Origin: Candidatus Eiseniibacteriota bacterium
GTDB taxonomy: Bacteria; Eisenbacteria; RBG-16-71-46
Assembly (NCBI GenBank): GCA_038231135.1
Contig: JBBRLX010000017.1
Span: 17,151 to 81,150 of the forward strand
Direction of reading: 5' to 3'
DNA length: 64,000 nucleotides
In this document: positions 18,169 to 27,322 of the stretch, piece after piece
How positions within the stretch are numbered: position 1 is the stretch's first letter
Layout of the letters: each line of letters begins with the position of its first letter
The notes under the pieces: model-generated
What the model was told of the DNA's origin: nothing
The model's database searches: none
The model's input: the letters and a program-made list of their open reading frames with translations, nothing else
Position numbers and translations under genes: made by a program

Positions 18169-20928
18169 ATGAGCGCTTCGCCCACGTCCTCCAGCCTCAA
18201 GACGTCCGCCGAGTTGCGCCGCGCGTTCCTCGAGTTCTTCGTGGCGCGCGGTCACGTGGCGGTGCCATCGTCGCCGCTGGTGCCGATGGGCGACCCGAGC
18301 CTGTTGTTCACCACCGCGGGCATGGTGCAGTTCAAGTCGTTCTACACCGCCGGCGACGACGTGCCCTACACGCGCGCCGCCTCGGTGCAGAAGTGCCTGC
18401 GGCTCACCGACCTCGACAACGTCGGCCTCACCCCCCGGCACGACACGTTCTTCGAGATGCTCGGCAACTTCTCGTTCGGCCCCCGCGAGCGCGGCGCCTA
18501 TTTCAAGCAGGAGGCGATCGCGTTCGCCTGGGAGTTCATCACCCAGGTGCTGGGGCTGCCCACGGACCGCCTGTACGCCTCGATCTTCGAAGGCGAGGGC
18601 AACCTGCCGCGCGACGACGAGGCGATCGCGCTGTGGCAGAAGATCGGCGTCCCCGAGAGCCGCATCGTGCCGCTCGGACGCAAGGACAACTTCTGGGGCC
18701 CGGCCGGCGGCCAGGGCGCCTGCGGCCCATGCACCGAGATCTATTTCGATCTCGGCGAACGGCGGCCGGCGTACCTGCCGGAGGGCGCGTTCTGGGGCGA
18801 GCGGCCGGGCGATCCTGGCGATCGCTTCATGGAGTTCTGGAACCTGGTGTTCCCGCAGTTCGACGCCCAGCCCGACGGCGCGCTGCGGCCGCTGCCGCGG
18901 CCCGGCATCGACACCGGCATGGGCATCGAGCGCCTGTCGCTGATCGTCCAGGGCAGGAACACGATCTTCGACACCGACGTGTTCGAGCCGATCGTGCGCG
19001 CCGTGCTCGACCGGCGGCCCGGCAGGCGTGCGACCGCCCCGCCCACGGCGGTCGAGCTGCGCGACGCGCGGATCGTCGCGGATCACGTGCGCGCGCTCAC
19101 GTTCGCGCTGTCCGAGGGCGCCCAGGGCGCCGAGGGCGCGCTGCCCGGCAACGAGGGTGCGGGCTACGTGCTGCGCCGCCTGCTGCGCCGGGCGGTCACG
19201 CGGCTGCGCTCGCGCCAGGGGCTGGGGATCGAACACGACCTGCTCGCCGAGCTGGGCGGCGTGGTGGTGCGACATTTCGGCGGCCACTACGCGGAGCTGG
19301 AGCAATTCGGGGGGGAGATCGCGCAGATCCTCGAGCGCGAAGAGCGGAGCTTTGCCGAGACCTACGAGGCCGGCCTGCGCCGGCTCGAGGCGCAGATGCA
19401 GTCGGGCGGCCGCGTGATCCCGGGCGCCGACGCGTTCGCGCTGCACGACACCTACGGCTTCCCCGTCGAGCTGACCGAGGAGATCGCCGCCGAACGCGGG
19501 CTCACCGTCGATCGCCCGGGCTTCGACCGCGCGATGGAGGAGCAGCGCACCCGCGCCCGCGCCGCGAGCCGCTTCGGCAAGTCGGCGGACGGCGCCGCCC
19601 GCGCGCCGTGGACCGAGGTCACCGTCGGGGCCGATTCGGAATTCCTGGGTTACGACGAGCTGAGCGCCGAGCGGCTCACGCTGCGCCGCTGGCGGGCCGT
19701 GGAGGATGGCGTGCTCGAGCTGGTGCTCGATCGTACGCCGTGCTACGCCGAATCGGGCGGCCAGGTCGGGGATCGGGGCACCATCGCCGGGGGTGCGGCG
19801 AGCGGCGAGTTTACCCACGTCTACAAGGAGGGCGGCAGCACCGTCCATCGCGTGCGGCTCACGATCGGCGACGCGGCCGCGCTGGTCGCGGCCGGCGCCA
19901 CAGGGACGCTCGCGGCGCACGTGCGCCCCGAACACCGGCTGCCGGTGACGCGCCACCACACGGCGACCCACCTGCTGCACGCGGCGCTGCGCGCCACGCT
20001 GGGCACCCACGTGCATCAGGCCGGCTCGCTGGTCGCCCCGGACCGGCTGCGGTTCGACTACACGCACTTCGAGGCGCCGTCGCGCGAGCAGCTCGACACC
20101 ATCGAGCGCATGGTGAGCGAATGGGCGCTGCGCGATCGCGAGGTGAGCTGGCGGCTGATGCCGATCGACGACGCGAAGGCGCTGGGCGCGATGGCGCTGT
20201 TCGGCGAGAAGTACGGCGCCGAGGTGCGCATGGTGTCGGTGGCGGGCGTGGACGACTCGAGGCTCGCCGCGAGCCGCGAACTGTGCGGCGGCACCCACGT
20301 GAGCCGCACCGGCGAGATCGGCGCGTTCACGATCGTGTCCGAGTCCGCGATCGCGAGCGGCGTGCGGCGCATCGAGGCGCTGTGCGGTCACGAGGCGCTG
20401 GCGCACTTCCGCGCGCAGTCGGACACGCTGGCGCGGGCCGCGGCGGTGCTGCAATCCGCCCCCGCGCAGCTCGTCGAGCAGCTCGAGAAGCACAAAGCCG
20501 AGTTGGAGCGGCTGCGCCGGGAGCAGGCGGAGTCGAAGCGCGGCGGGCTCGAAGCCGAGATGGCGAGGCTGGCGGCGGCCGCAACGCAAGCGCCCGGCGG
20601 CCGTTACGTCGTGGCCGAGCTCGAGTCCGAAGCCGACGCGGGCGCGGCGCGCGAGGCGGCCGACCGGCTGCGCGGCGCGCTCGGCCGCGGCGCCGCGGTG
20701 CTGGCGCTGCGCCACGACGGCAAGCTCACGTTTCTCGCCGCGGTCACGGACGATCTCGTGAAGGAGAAGACACTGAACGCCAGCGAACTGGTGAAGCAGG
20801 TGGCGCAGGTGACCGGCGGCTCGGGCGGCGGCAAGCCGCATTTGGCACTCGCGGGCGGCAAGGACGTGGCGAAGCTCGGCGCTGCCCTCGCCGAGGCTCG
20901 CCGGCTGCTGGCCGGGGCGCTGGCGTGA
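18169..20928 (+). CDS. alaS: Alanine--tRNA ligase
   Basis: LLFTTAGMVQFK, HDTFFEMLGNFSF, DTGMGIER, HHTATHLLH, ELCGGTH, GGGKP. Confidence 0.99.
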   Translation: MSASPTSSSLKTSAELRRAFLEFFVARGHVAVPSSPLVPMGDPSLLFTTAGMVQFKSFYTAGDDVPYTRAASVQKCLRLTDLDNVGLTPRHDTFFEMLGNFSFGPRERGAYFKQEAIAFAWEFITQVLGLPTDRLYASIFEGEGNLPRDDEAIALWQKIGVPESRIVPLGRKDNFWGPAGGQGACGPCTEIYFDLGERRPAYLPEGAFWGERPGDPGDRFMEFWNLVFPQFDAQPDGALRPLPRPGIDTGMGIERLSLIVQGRNTIFDTDVFEPIVRAVLDRRPGRRATAPPTAVELRDARIVADHVRALTFALSEGAQGAEGALPGNEGAGYVLRRLLRRAVTRLRSRQGLGIEHDLLAELGGVVVRHFGGHYAELEQFGGEIAQILEREERSFAETYEAGLRRLEAQMQSGGRVIPGADAFALHDTYGFPVELTEEIAAERGLTVDRPGFDRAMEEQRTRARAASRFGKSADGAARAPWTEVTVGADSEFLGYDELSAERLTLRRWRAVEDGVLELVLDRTPCYAESGGQVGDRGTIAGGAASGEFTHVYKEGGSTVHRVRLTIGDAAALVAAGATGTLAAHVRPEHRLPVTRHHTATHLLHAALRATLGTHVHQAGSLVAPDRLRFDYTHFEAPSREQLDTIERMVSEWALRDREVSWRLMPIDDAKALGAMALFGEKYGAEVRMVSVAGVDDSRLAASRELCGGTHVSRTGEIGAFTIVSESAIASGVRRIEALCGHEALAHFRAQSDTLARAAAVLQSAPAQLVEQLEKHKAELERLRREQAESKRGGLEAEMARLAAAATQAPGGRYVVAELESEADAGAAREAADRLRGALGRGAAVLALRHDGKLTFLAAVTDDLVKEKTLNASELVKQVAQVTGGSGGGKPHLALAGGKDVAKLGAALAEARRLLAGALA

Positions 20929-22049
20929 AGGCGCTCGTGCTGGCGGGCGGGCGCGGCACGCGCCTGCGGCCGATCACGCATACCAGTGCCAAGCAGTTGG
21001 TGCCGGTGGCGAACAAGCCGGTGCTGTTCTACGGGCTCGAAGCGATCCGTGACGCCGGCATCACCGACGTCGGCATCGTGGTGAGCGACCCGCGCGAGAT
21101 GCTGAGCCCCGACCACCGCACCGGTGAGATCGTCACGGTCATGGTGAACAGCCAGGCCGAGATCCGCGCCGCGGTCGGCGACGGCTCGCGGTTCGGGCTG
21201 CGCGTCACCTACATCGAGCAGGAGGCGCCGCTCGGACTGGCGCACGCGGTCAAGATCTCGGAGGGCTACATGGCGGGGGAGCCGTTCGTCATGTACCTCG
21301 GCGACAACCTGATCAAGGATGGCATCGCGCCGTTCGTGACGGAGTTCACCGCCGAGAAGCCGAACGCCCAGATCCTGCTTGCGAAGGTGAAGACCCCGCA
21401 GGACTACGGCGTCGCCGAGCTCGACGGCGACCGCGTCGTGCGGCTCGAGGAGAAGCCGCCCCATCCGCGCAGCGATCTCGCGCTCGTCGGCGTCTACCTG
21501 TTCGACCGCACGATCTTCGAGGCGGTGGCGGCGATCCGCCCCAGCCCGCGCGGCGAGCTCGAGATCACCGACGCGATCCAGCAGCTGATCGACAGCGGCC
21601 GGCGCGTACGTTCGCATGTGATCGGCGGCTGGTGGAAGGACACCGGCCGCGTCGAGGACATGCTCGAAGGCAACCGCATGATGCTCGGCAGCCTCGAGCC
21701 GTCGATGCGCGGCACCATCGATGCGGAGTCGGCGATCGAGGGCCGCGTCACGGTGGGCGTGAATACCGTGATCCAGCGCTCGCGGCTGCGCGGGCCGCTG
21801 GTGATCGGCGACGGCGCCCGGATCGTGGATTCGTACATCGGGCCGTTCACGTCGATCGGCAACGGCGTGGCGGTCGAGCACAGCGAGATCGAGCACTCGA
21901 TCGTGCTCGAGCGCAGCCGCATCCTGAACGTGCCGGCGCGCATCGAGTCGAGTCTGATCGGCAAGGACGTGGTGGTATGCGCGAGCGGCACGCGGCCGCA
22001 CACGCACCGGCTGATGCTCGGTGATTCGAGCCGCGTGGAGCTGGCATAG
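20925..22049 (+). CDS. Glucose-1-phosphate thymidylyltransferase, long form
   Basis: LAGGRGTRLRPIT...KQLVPVANKP, YLGDN, EEKP, RGELEITDA, C-terminal hexapeptide region; GTG overlaps the alaS stop. Confidence 0.92.
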   Translation: MKALVLAGGRGTRLRPITHTSAKQLVPVANKPVLFYGLEAIRDAGITDVGIVVSDPREMLSPDHRTGEIVTVMVNSQAEIRAAVGDGSRFGLRVTYIEQEAPLGLAHAVKISEGYMAGEPFVMYLGDNLIKDGIAPFVTEFTAEKPNAQILLAKVKTPQDYGVAELDGDRVVRLEEKPPHPRSDLALVGVYLFDRTIFEAVAAIRPSPRGELEITDAIQQLIDSGRRVRSHVIGGWWKDTGRVEDMLEGNRMMLGSLEPSMRGTIDAESAIEGRVTVGVNTVIQRSRLRGPLVIGDGARIVDSYIGPFTSIGNGVAVEHSEIEHSIVLERSRILNVPARIESSLIGKDVVVCASGTRPHTHRLMLGDSSRVELA

Positions 22050-22099
22050 CCGCAAAGTCGCGCGGCGCGGGAACGGGATCCTCTCGAGGAGGAGCACGG

Positions 22100-22894
22100 A
22101 TGAGTCCGGCACGATCGAACACCGGCAGCAGCGGTGCCCGCAAGCCCGCGCGCACCACGGCGGCCCGCGGCCGCAGCGGCACGGGCGGCGCCCGCGGCCC
22201 GCTCGAGCTCGAGGCGCGCAGGTCGCTCGCCGATTCGGCGCGGGCGATGGCGCAGCTCGAGCGCCGGACCGGCGCCGTGGTCGCGGCGGCGGCCGAGGCG
22301 GTCGTCGCCTGCCTCGAGAACGGCGGCACGGTGTTCTTCTGCGGCAACGGCGGCAGCGCCGCGGACGCCCAGCATTTCGCGGCGGAGCTGGCGGGCCGGT
22401 TCTTCATCGACCGCCCGTCGCTGGCGTCGATCGCGCTCACCACGAACACCTCGTCGATCACCGCGATCGGCAACGACTACGCGTTCGACCAGGTGTTCTC
22501 GCGCCAGCTCGAGTCGCTCGGCACCCCTGGTGACGTGCTGGTTGCGATTACCACCAGCGGGGGCTCGGCGAACGTGCAGCGCGCCGTGCAGGCCGCGCGC
22601 CGGCTCGGCATGATCGTCGTGGGGTTCACCGGGGCCCGCGGCGCGGAGTTCGCCGCGCGCTGCGACTTCGCGCTGATCACTCCCAACACGTCGACGCCGC
22701 GCATTCAGGAGGGCCATCTCGCGATGGGGCACGCGCTGTGCGAGCTGGTCGAGCGCGCGCTGTTCGGCGCCCGGCCGGGCCCGGCGCACCGCGCGCCCGG
22801 CGGCCGCGCGCGCGCCGCGGCCGTACGCGGCGGGCGGACGGCCTCGACGCGCGGGCGGCGCACGGCCCCGCGTCCGGCATCGCGCAGACGATGA
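22100..22894 (+). CDS. gmhA: Phosphoheptose isomerase (SIS domain)
   Basis: CGNGGSAADAQHFAAEL, TAIGNDY, RIQEGH; GAGGAG RBS; Arg-rich extensions at both ends. Confidence 0.92.
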   Translation: MSPARSNTGSSGARKPARTTAARGRSGTGGARGPLELEARRSLADSARAMAQLERRTGAVVAAAAEAVVACLENGGTVFFCGNGGSAADAQHFAAELAGRFFIDRPSLASIALTTNTSSITAIGNDYAFDQVFSRQLESLGTPGDVLVAITTSGGSANVQRAVQAARRLGMIVVGFTGARGAEFAARCDFALITPNTSTPRIQEGHLAMGHALCELVERALFGARPGPAHRAPGGRARAAAVRGGRTASTRGRRTAPRPASRRR

Positions 22895-23781
22895 TCGGGG
22901 CGCTGCTCGAGGCGCTGCGACCCAAGCAGTGGACCAAGAATCTGCTGGTGTTCGCGGGGGTGCTGTTCTCCCAGCAGTTCGATCGGCCCGCGCTGGTGCT
23001 GCGCGCGGCCGCGGGATTCGCAGCGTTCTCGCTGCTCGCGGGCTCGGTGTACCTGTTCAACGACATCCGCGATGCCGCCTCCGACCGGCTGCACCCGAAG
23101 AAACGCCTGCGGGCGATTCCGTCGGGCCGGCTCAAGCCGGGCGTGGCGATCGCGGCCATGGTGCCGCTGCTGGCGATCGTCGCTGCGCTGGCGTGGTACC
23201 TGGGCCCCGGGTTCTCGGGCACGCTCGTGGTCTACCTGCTGATCAACATGGCGTATTCGGTCTGGCTCAAGAAGCAGGTGCTGATCGATGTGTTCATCAT
23301 CGCCACCGGCTTCGTGCTGCGCGCGATCGCCGGCGTCGAGCTGCTGCGGCCGGTGTCGCCGGCGACCACGATCTCGCCGTGGCTCCTGGTGTGCACGTTC
23401 TTCGGCGCGCTGTTCCTGGCGCTCGCCAAGCGCCGGCGCGAGATCGCGAACGCCGGCGGCTCGGCCGCGGGCCAGCGCGAAGTCCTCGCCCAGTACACCC
23501 CGGAGTTCCTCGACGGCATGCTGCTGATCTCGGCCGCGTCGAGCCTGATGGGCTACGCGCTCTATACGATCTGGCCGGCGACGGTCGCCAAATTTCATAC
23601 CGAGGCGATGCTGTACACCGTGCCGATCGTGGCCTACGGCATCTTCCGCTACCTGTACCTGACCAAGGAGTCTGAGAGCACCGAGGATCCCACGCTCGTG
23701 CTGCTCACCGACCGCCCGCTGGGTGGCTGCGTGGTGCTCTACCTGATCGCGGTGGTGATCGTGCTCTACCACCCGTGGTGA
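22891..23781 (+). CDS. UbiA-family polyprenyl-phosphate phosphoribosyltransferase (DPPR synthase-like)
   Basis: LRPKQWTKN, YLFNDIRD...DRLHPKK..R, KRRRE, YGIFRY, EDPT. Confidence 0.88.
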   Translation: MIGALLEALRPKQWTKNLLVFAGVLFSQQFDRPALVLRAAAGFAAFSLLAGSVYLFNDIRDAASDRLHPKKRLRAIPSGRLKPGVAIAAMVPLLAIVAALAWYLGPGFSGTLVVYLLINMAYSVWLKKQVLIDVFIIATGFVLRAIAGVELLRPVSPATTISPWLLVCTFFGALFLALAKRRREIANAGGSAAGQREVLAQYTPEFLDGMLLISAASSLMGYALYTIWPATVAKFHTEAMLYTVPIVAYGIFRYLYLTKESESTEDPTLVLLTDRPLGGCVVLYLIAVVIVLYHPW

Positions 23782-24752
23782 GCTCCCGGCCGCGGCTCGC
23801 TCGCATCGCGTTCGACGCCCGCGCCAAGCTCAACCTCACGCTCGCCGTGGGACCGCGCAGGGACGATGGCTTCCACGACCTCGTCACCGTGTTCCAGTCG
23901 GTCACGCTCGCCGACACCCTGATCGCCGAGCCGCGGGCGCGCGGGTTCTCGTTGCGGATCCGGTACGAAGACGCAAGCACCGGCGGGCAGCCCGCGGTGC
24001 GCGGCGCCGCGGGTTGCGCGGACCCGGGAGACCTGGGCTCGATCCCGGCCGGGCCCGACAACCTGGTGCTGCGCGCGGCGCACAGTGTGGCGCGCGAGCT
24101 CGGGCTCGTGGCCGGCGCGCGGTTCACGCTGATCAAGCGCATCCCGGCGGGCTCGGGGCTGGGCGGCGGCAGCGCCGACGCGGCCGCGGTGCTGCGGGCG
24201 CTGCCGGCGCTGTTCGGCATGCGTCTGCCGCCATCGCGCGCGCGCGCGCTCGCGCTCGCGCTGGGCTCGGATGTTCCGTTCGCGCTCGCCGGTGGCACTG
24301 CGCTGGGGACTGGTCGCGGAGAAACGTTGCGGCGTCTCGAACTCGACGGGCCGTTCGAGGCCTTGCTAGCCGTGCCTCGATGGCGGGTATCGACCGCGAG
24401 CGCCTTCCGCCGGATCGAGCGTGCCAAATATGGCTTGACACCGCGAGAGGCGACTCTACTATCGTCGCAAATCCTTGGGCGCAAGCGACTAAGCGCGGCA
24501 CCTTTGATGCGCCTCGGAAACACCTTCGAAAAGGTGTTGGGGGACAGGCGGTCGGACTTCGACTCTCTCGGCGTGCGATTGCTCCGAGCGGGTGCGGTCG
24601 CGTTCCGAATGACGGGAAGCGGCTCCGCGGTGTTCGCGGTCCTCGGGCCTGGATCTCCAATTCACGACGTCGCAGGCTGTTTCACCGGGAGCGAAACGCT
24701 GTACGCGGTGCGCTCCGCCCGAACCGGCTTGAGGCGGCACGCAGTTGCTTGA
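23775..24752 (+). CDS. ispE: 4-diphosphocytidyl-2-C-methyl-D-erythritol kinase
   Basis: AKLNLTL, KRIPAGSGLGGGSADAAA, LGSDVPF, MTGSGSAVF. Confidence 0.93.
   Translation: MVSSRPRLARIAFDARAKLNLTLAVGPRRDDGFHDLVTVFQSVTLADTLIAEPRARGFSLRIRYEDASTGGQPAVRGAAGCADPGDLGSIPAGPDNLVLRAAHSVARELGLVAGARFTLIKRIPAGSGLGGGSADAAAVLRALPALFGMRLPPSRARALALALGSDVPFALAGGTALGTGRGETLRRLELDGPFEALLAVPRWRVSTASAFRRIERAKYGLTPREATLLSSQILGRKRLSAAPLMRLGNTFEKVLGDRRSDFDSLGVRLLRAGAVAFRMTGSGSAVFAVLGPGSPIHDVAGCFTGSETLYAVRSARTGLRRHAVA
24435..24462 (+). promoter_or_regulatory. Internal sigma70 promoter in ispE
   Basis: TTGACA-16 nt-TACTAT within a patch of atypical A/T-ending codons. Confidence 0.7.
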
Positions 24753-24850
24753 GTGGAGGCATGGATGCACGCTCAAGACGTGCGCAGTCGTATCTGGACT
24801 GCGGGCTCGAACCGTCGTGACGGTTCGTCGCTACCCGCAGGAGCACCCCG

Positions 24851-25147
24851 ATGATCGAGATCACCGAGGTGCGCGTGTCCCTGCGGAACGACGAAAAGCT
24901 CAAGGCGTTCGTCAGCATCACCCTGAATCACGCGTTCGTGATCCGGGGACTCAAGGTCATCCGGGGCAACACCGGATTGTTCGTGGCGATGCCGAGCCGC
25001 AAGCGGCCCGACGGACAGCACCAGGACCTCGCTCACCCGATCAACGACGCGACCCGTAAGTACCTGACCCAGAAGGTGATGTCGGAGTACGAACGCGAGC
25101 TCGCCAACCCCAGTCACGAGCCCAGCGCCACCAAGGAGTCGTACTGA
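24851..25147 (+). CDS. spoVG: SpoVG family nucleic-acid-binding protein
   Basis: [33 protein letters not shown]. Confidence 0.95.
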   Translation: MIEITEVRVSLRNDEKLKAFVSITLNHAFVIRGLKVIRGNTGLFVAMPSRKRPDGQHQDLAHPINDATRKYLTQKVMSEYERELANPSHEPSATKESY

Positions 25148-25233
25148 CCCAGGCGCGCTCCCGCATCCCCTCGCCCGTTCCCCGCGGACTGCCGCCCGAG
25201 AGGCGGTCCCAGAGGAGCCTGCCCGCCGGCGCC

Positions 25234-25263
25234 TTGACGCCCGGGTCCCCCGGCCGCTACCTT
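25234..25263 (+). promoter_or_regulatory. sigma70-type promoter upstream of tRNA-Gln/prs
   Basis: TTGACG-18 nt-TACCTT. Confidence 0.55.
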
Positions 25264-25408
25264 CCTATCCGCTTTTCTCCCAGATGTTTCTTGGGCCAGT
25301 AGCCATCACCCCGACTCGCTTCGAAGGCTGGATCCGATCCCGTTCGCGGGGTCAGGAACCCGCGTCGAATGGCGAAGACGGTCCGTGACGGATATCCCGT
25401 TCTGTTGG

Positions 25409-25483
25409 TGGGGCGTGGCCAAGCGGTAAGGCACGAGACTTTGGATCTCGCATCCGGAGGTTCGAATCCTCCCGCCCCAGCCA
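25409..25483 (+). tRNA. tRNA-Gln(TTG)
   Basis: TGGGGCG/CGCCCCA acceptor stem, CGAGA-CTTTGGA-TCTCG anticodon arm, TTCGAAT loop, CCA. Confidence 0.97.
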
Positions 25484-25657
25484 TTTTGGGGGCGGAGGCT
25501 CCGGCATCGATGCGTGAACTCCATGCCGCGCCTCCGCCGCCGCCCGTTCCGGCTTCGACCGGATTTCCGCTGCGCGGCCGGCGCGTTCCCACGCGCCGGT
25601 GACCGGCTGCCGATCCTGGAAACGCATGCTTCACCGCTTTCCAAGGAGTCCTGAACC

Positions 25658-26584
25658 GTGGACCCGTGTCGGATCTTCGCCGGCAACGCCAGCCGCAACC
25701 TCGCGCTCGCGATCTGCGAGCAGCTCAAGGTGCCGCTCGGCGATGCGGATGTGACGCGCTTCGAGGACGGTGAGGTCTCGGTGCGTTTCAACGAGAACAT
25801 CCGCGGCAGCGACGTGTTCATCGTGCAGGCGACGGGCGCCCCGGCGGACCACCTGATGGAGCTGCTGGTGATGCTCGACGCCGCGAAGCGCGCGTCGGCG
25901 CGCCGGGTCACCGCCGTGCTGCCGTACTTCGGCTACGCGCGCCAGGACCGCAAGGACCAGCCGCGCGCGCCGATCACCGCCAAGCTCGTCGCCAATCTGA
26001 TCACGGTGGCGGGCGCGGACCGGGCGCTCACGATGGATCTGCACAGCGCGCAGATCCAGGGGTTCTTCGACATTCCGTTCGACCATCTGTACGCGGCGCC
26101 CGTGCTGATCGACTACTTCACGCAGAAGGGCATCACCGACTGCGTGGTGATGGCGCCCGACATCGGCAGCGTCAAGATGGCGCGCGCCTATGCCAAGCGT
26201 CTCGGCGCGGAGCTGGCGCTGGTCGACAAGCGCCGGCCGCGCGCGGACGCGGTCGAGATCATGAACGTGATCGGCGACGTGGAAGGCAAGAACGTGGTGT
26301 TCTTCGACGACGTGATCACCACCGGCCGCACGTTGTGCCAGGCCGCCGCGGCGATCCAGCAGCGCGGCGCGAAGCATATCTACGCGGGCGTGTCGCACGG
26401 GGTGTTCTGTGAAGGTTCGTTCGAGCGCATCCAGCAGTCGCCCATCGAGGAACTGGTGGTCACGGACACCCTGCCCCACGGTCCGCTGCCGCCCAAGATC
26501 ACCGAGCTGTCCGTGTCCAGCATTCTCGGCGAGGCGGTCGCGCGCATCCACGAAGAGCGCTCGCTGAGCTCGTTGTTCGTATAA
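25658..26584 (+). CDS. prs: Ribose-phosphate pyrophosphokinase
   Basis: FEDGE, PYFGYARQDRK, DLHSAQIQGFF, DDVITTG. Confidence 0.98.
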   Translation: MDPCRIFAGNASRNLALAICEQLKVPLGDADVTRFEDGEVSVRFNENIRGSDVFIVQATGAPADHLMELLVMLDAAKRASARRVTAVLPYFGYARQDRKDQPRAPITAKLVANLITVAGADRALTMDLHSAQIQGFFDIPFDHLYAAPVLIDYFTQKGITDCVVMAPDIGSVKMARAYAKRLGAELALVDKRRPRADAVEIMNVIGDVEGKNVVFFDDVITTGRTLCQAAAAIQQRGAKHIYAGVSHGVFCEGSFERIQQSPIEELVVTDTLPHGPLPPKITELSVSSILGEAVARIHEERSLSSLFV

Positions 26585-26611
26585 CCCCAGGAACCCAGTC
26601 AGGAGGGATGT

Positions 26612-27319
26612 ATGGCAGTGATTGCGATGCCGGCCGAGAAGCGTGATGGCCTCGGCAAGGGCGGCGCCCGCAAGGCGCGAGCGGCCGGGAAGATCCCCGG
26701 CATTCTGTATGGCCACGGCGAGACGCCGATGGCCGTCAACGTCGTGGCGCGCACGTTCCAGCTCGCGCTCCAGAAGCACAAGGGCGGCAACGCCATCGTG
26801 AACCTGTCGCTCGACGGCGGCGGCGAGTACACGGCGCTGATCCGCGACGTCCAGTACGACCCGATCACCCATCACGTGCTGCACCTCGACTTCCAGCACA
26901 TCTCGCTCACCGAGACGGTCGAGCTCGAGGTCACGGTGCATCTGGCCGGCATTCCGGTCGGCGTGAAGGACGGCGGCGGCATCCTCGAGCACATCACGCG
27001 GTCGCTCGAAGTGCGCTGCCTGCCCACCCAGATCCCGGCGGCGCTCGAGGTGGATGTGACGCACTTGAACATCGGCGAATCGGTGCACGCGCGCGACGTC
27101 GTCGTGAAGGACTTCGAAATGCTGAGTGATCCCGACGTGACGATCGCGACCGTGGTCGCGCCGACGGTGATCGAGGAGACGGCCGCGGTGGAGGGTGCCG
27201 TGGCGGCGGCCGAGCCGGAAGTCGTGACGGCCAAGGGCAAGAAGGACGACGACGCCGAGGACAAGGACAAGGACAAGGACAAGGACAAGGACAAGAAGGA
27301 GAAGAAGGATAAGAAGTAG
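26612..27319 (+). CDS. rplY: 50S ribosomal protein L25/Ctc
   Basis: GKIPGILYG, HLDF, GVKDGG, EPEVV. Confidence 0.97.
   Translation: MAVIAMPAEKRDGLGKGGARKARAAGKIPGILYGHGETPMAVNVVARTFQLALQKHKGGNAIVNLSLDGGGEYTALIRDVQYDPITHHVLHLDFQHISLTETVELEVTVHLAGIPVGVKDGGGILEHITRSLEVRCLPTQIPAALEVDVTHLNIGESVHARDVVVKDFEMLSDPDVTIATVVAPTVIEETAAVEGAVAAAEPEVVTAKGKKDDDAEDKDKDKDKDKDKKEKKDKK
27260..27295 (+). repeat. (GACAAG)6 microsatellite encoding (DK)6 in the L25 tail
   Basis: Six perfect hexamer copies. Confidence 0.95.
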
Positions 27320-27322
27320 GCC

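Noticed and set aside
18112..20924. Long alternative-frame and antisense ORFs over alaS, and similar shadows over dnaX, prs, smc and liv genes
   Set aside because: These are expected stop-poor shadow frames in high-GC DNA, with Arg/Ala/Gly-rich translations and no motifs. The 1218-aa ORF is real only from GTG 20925.
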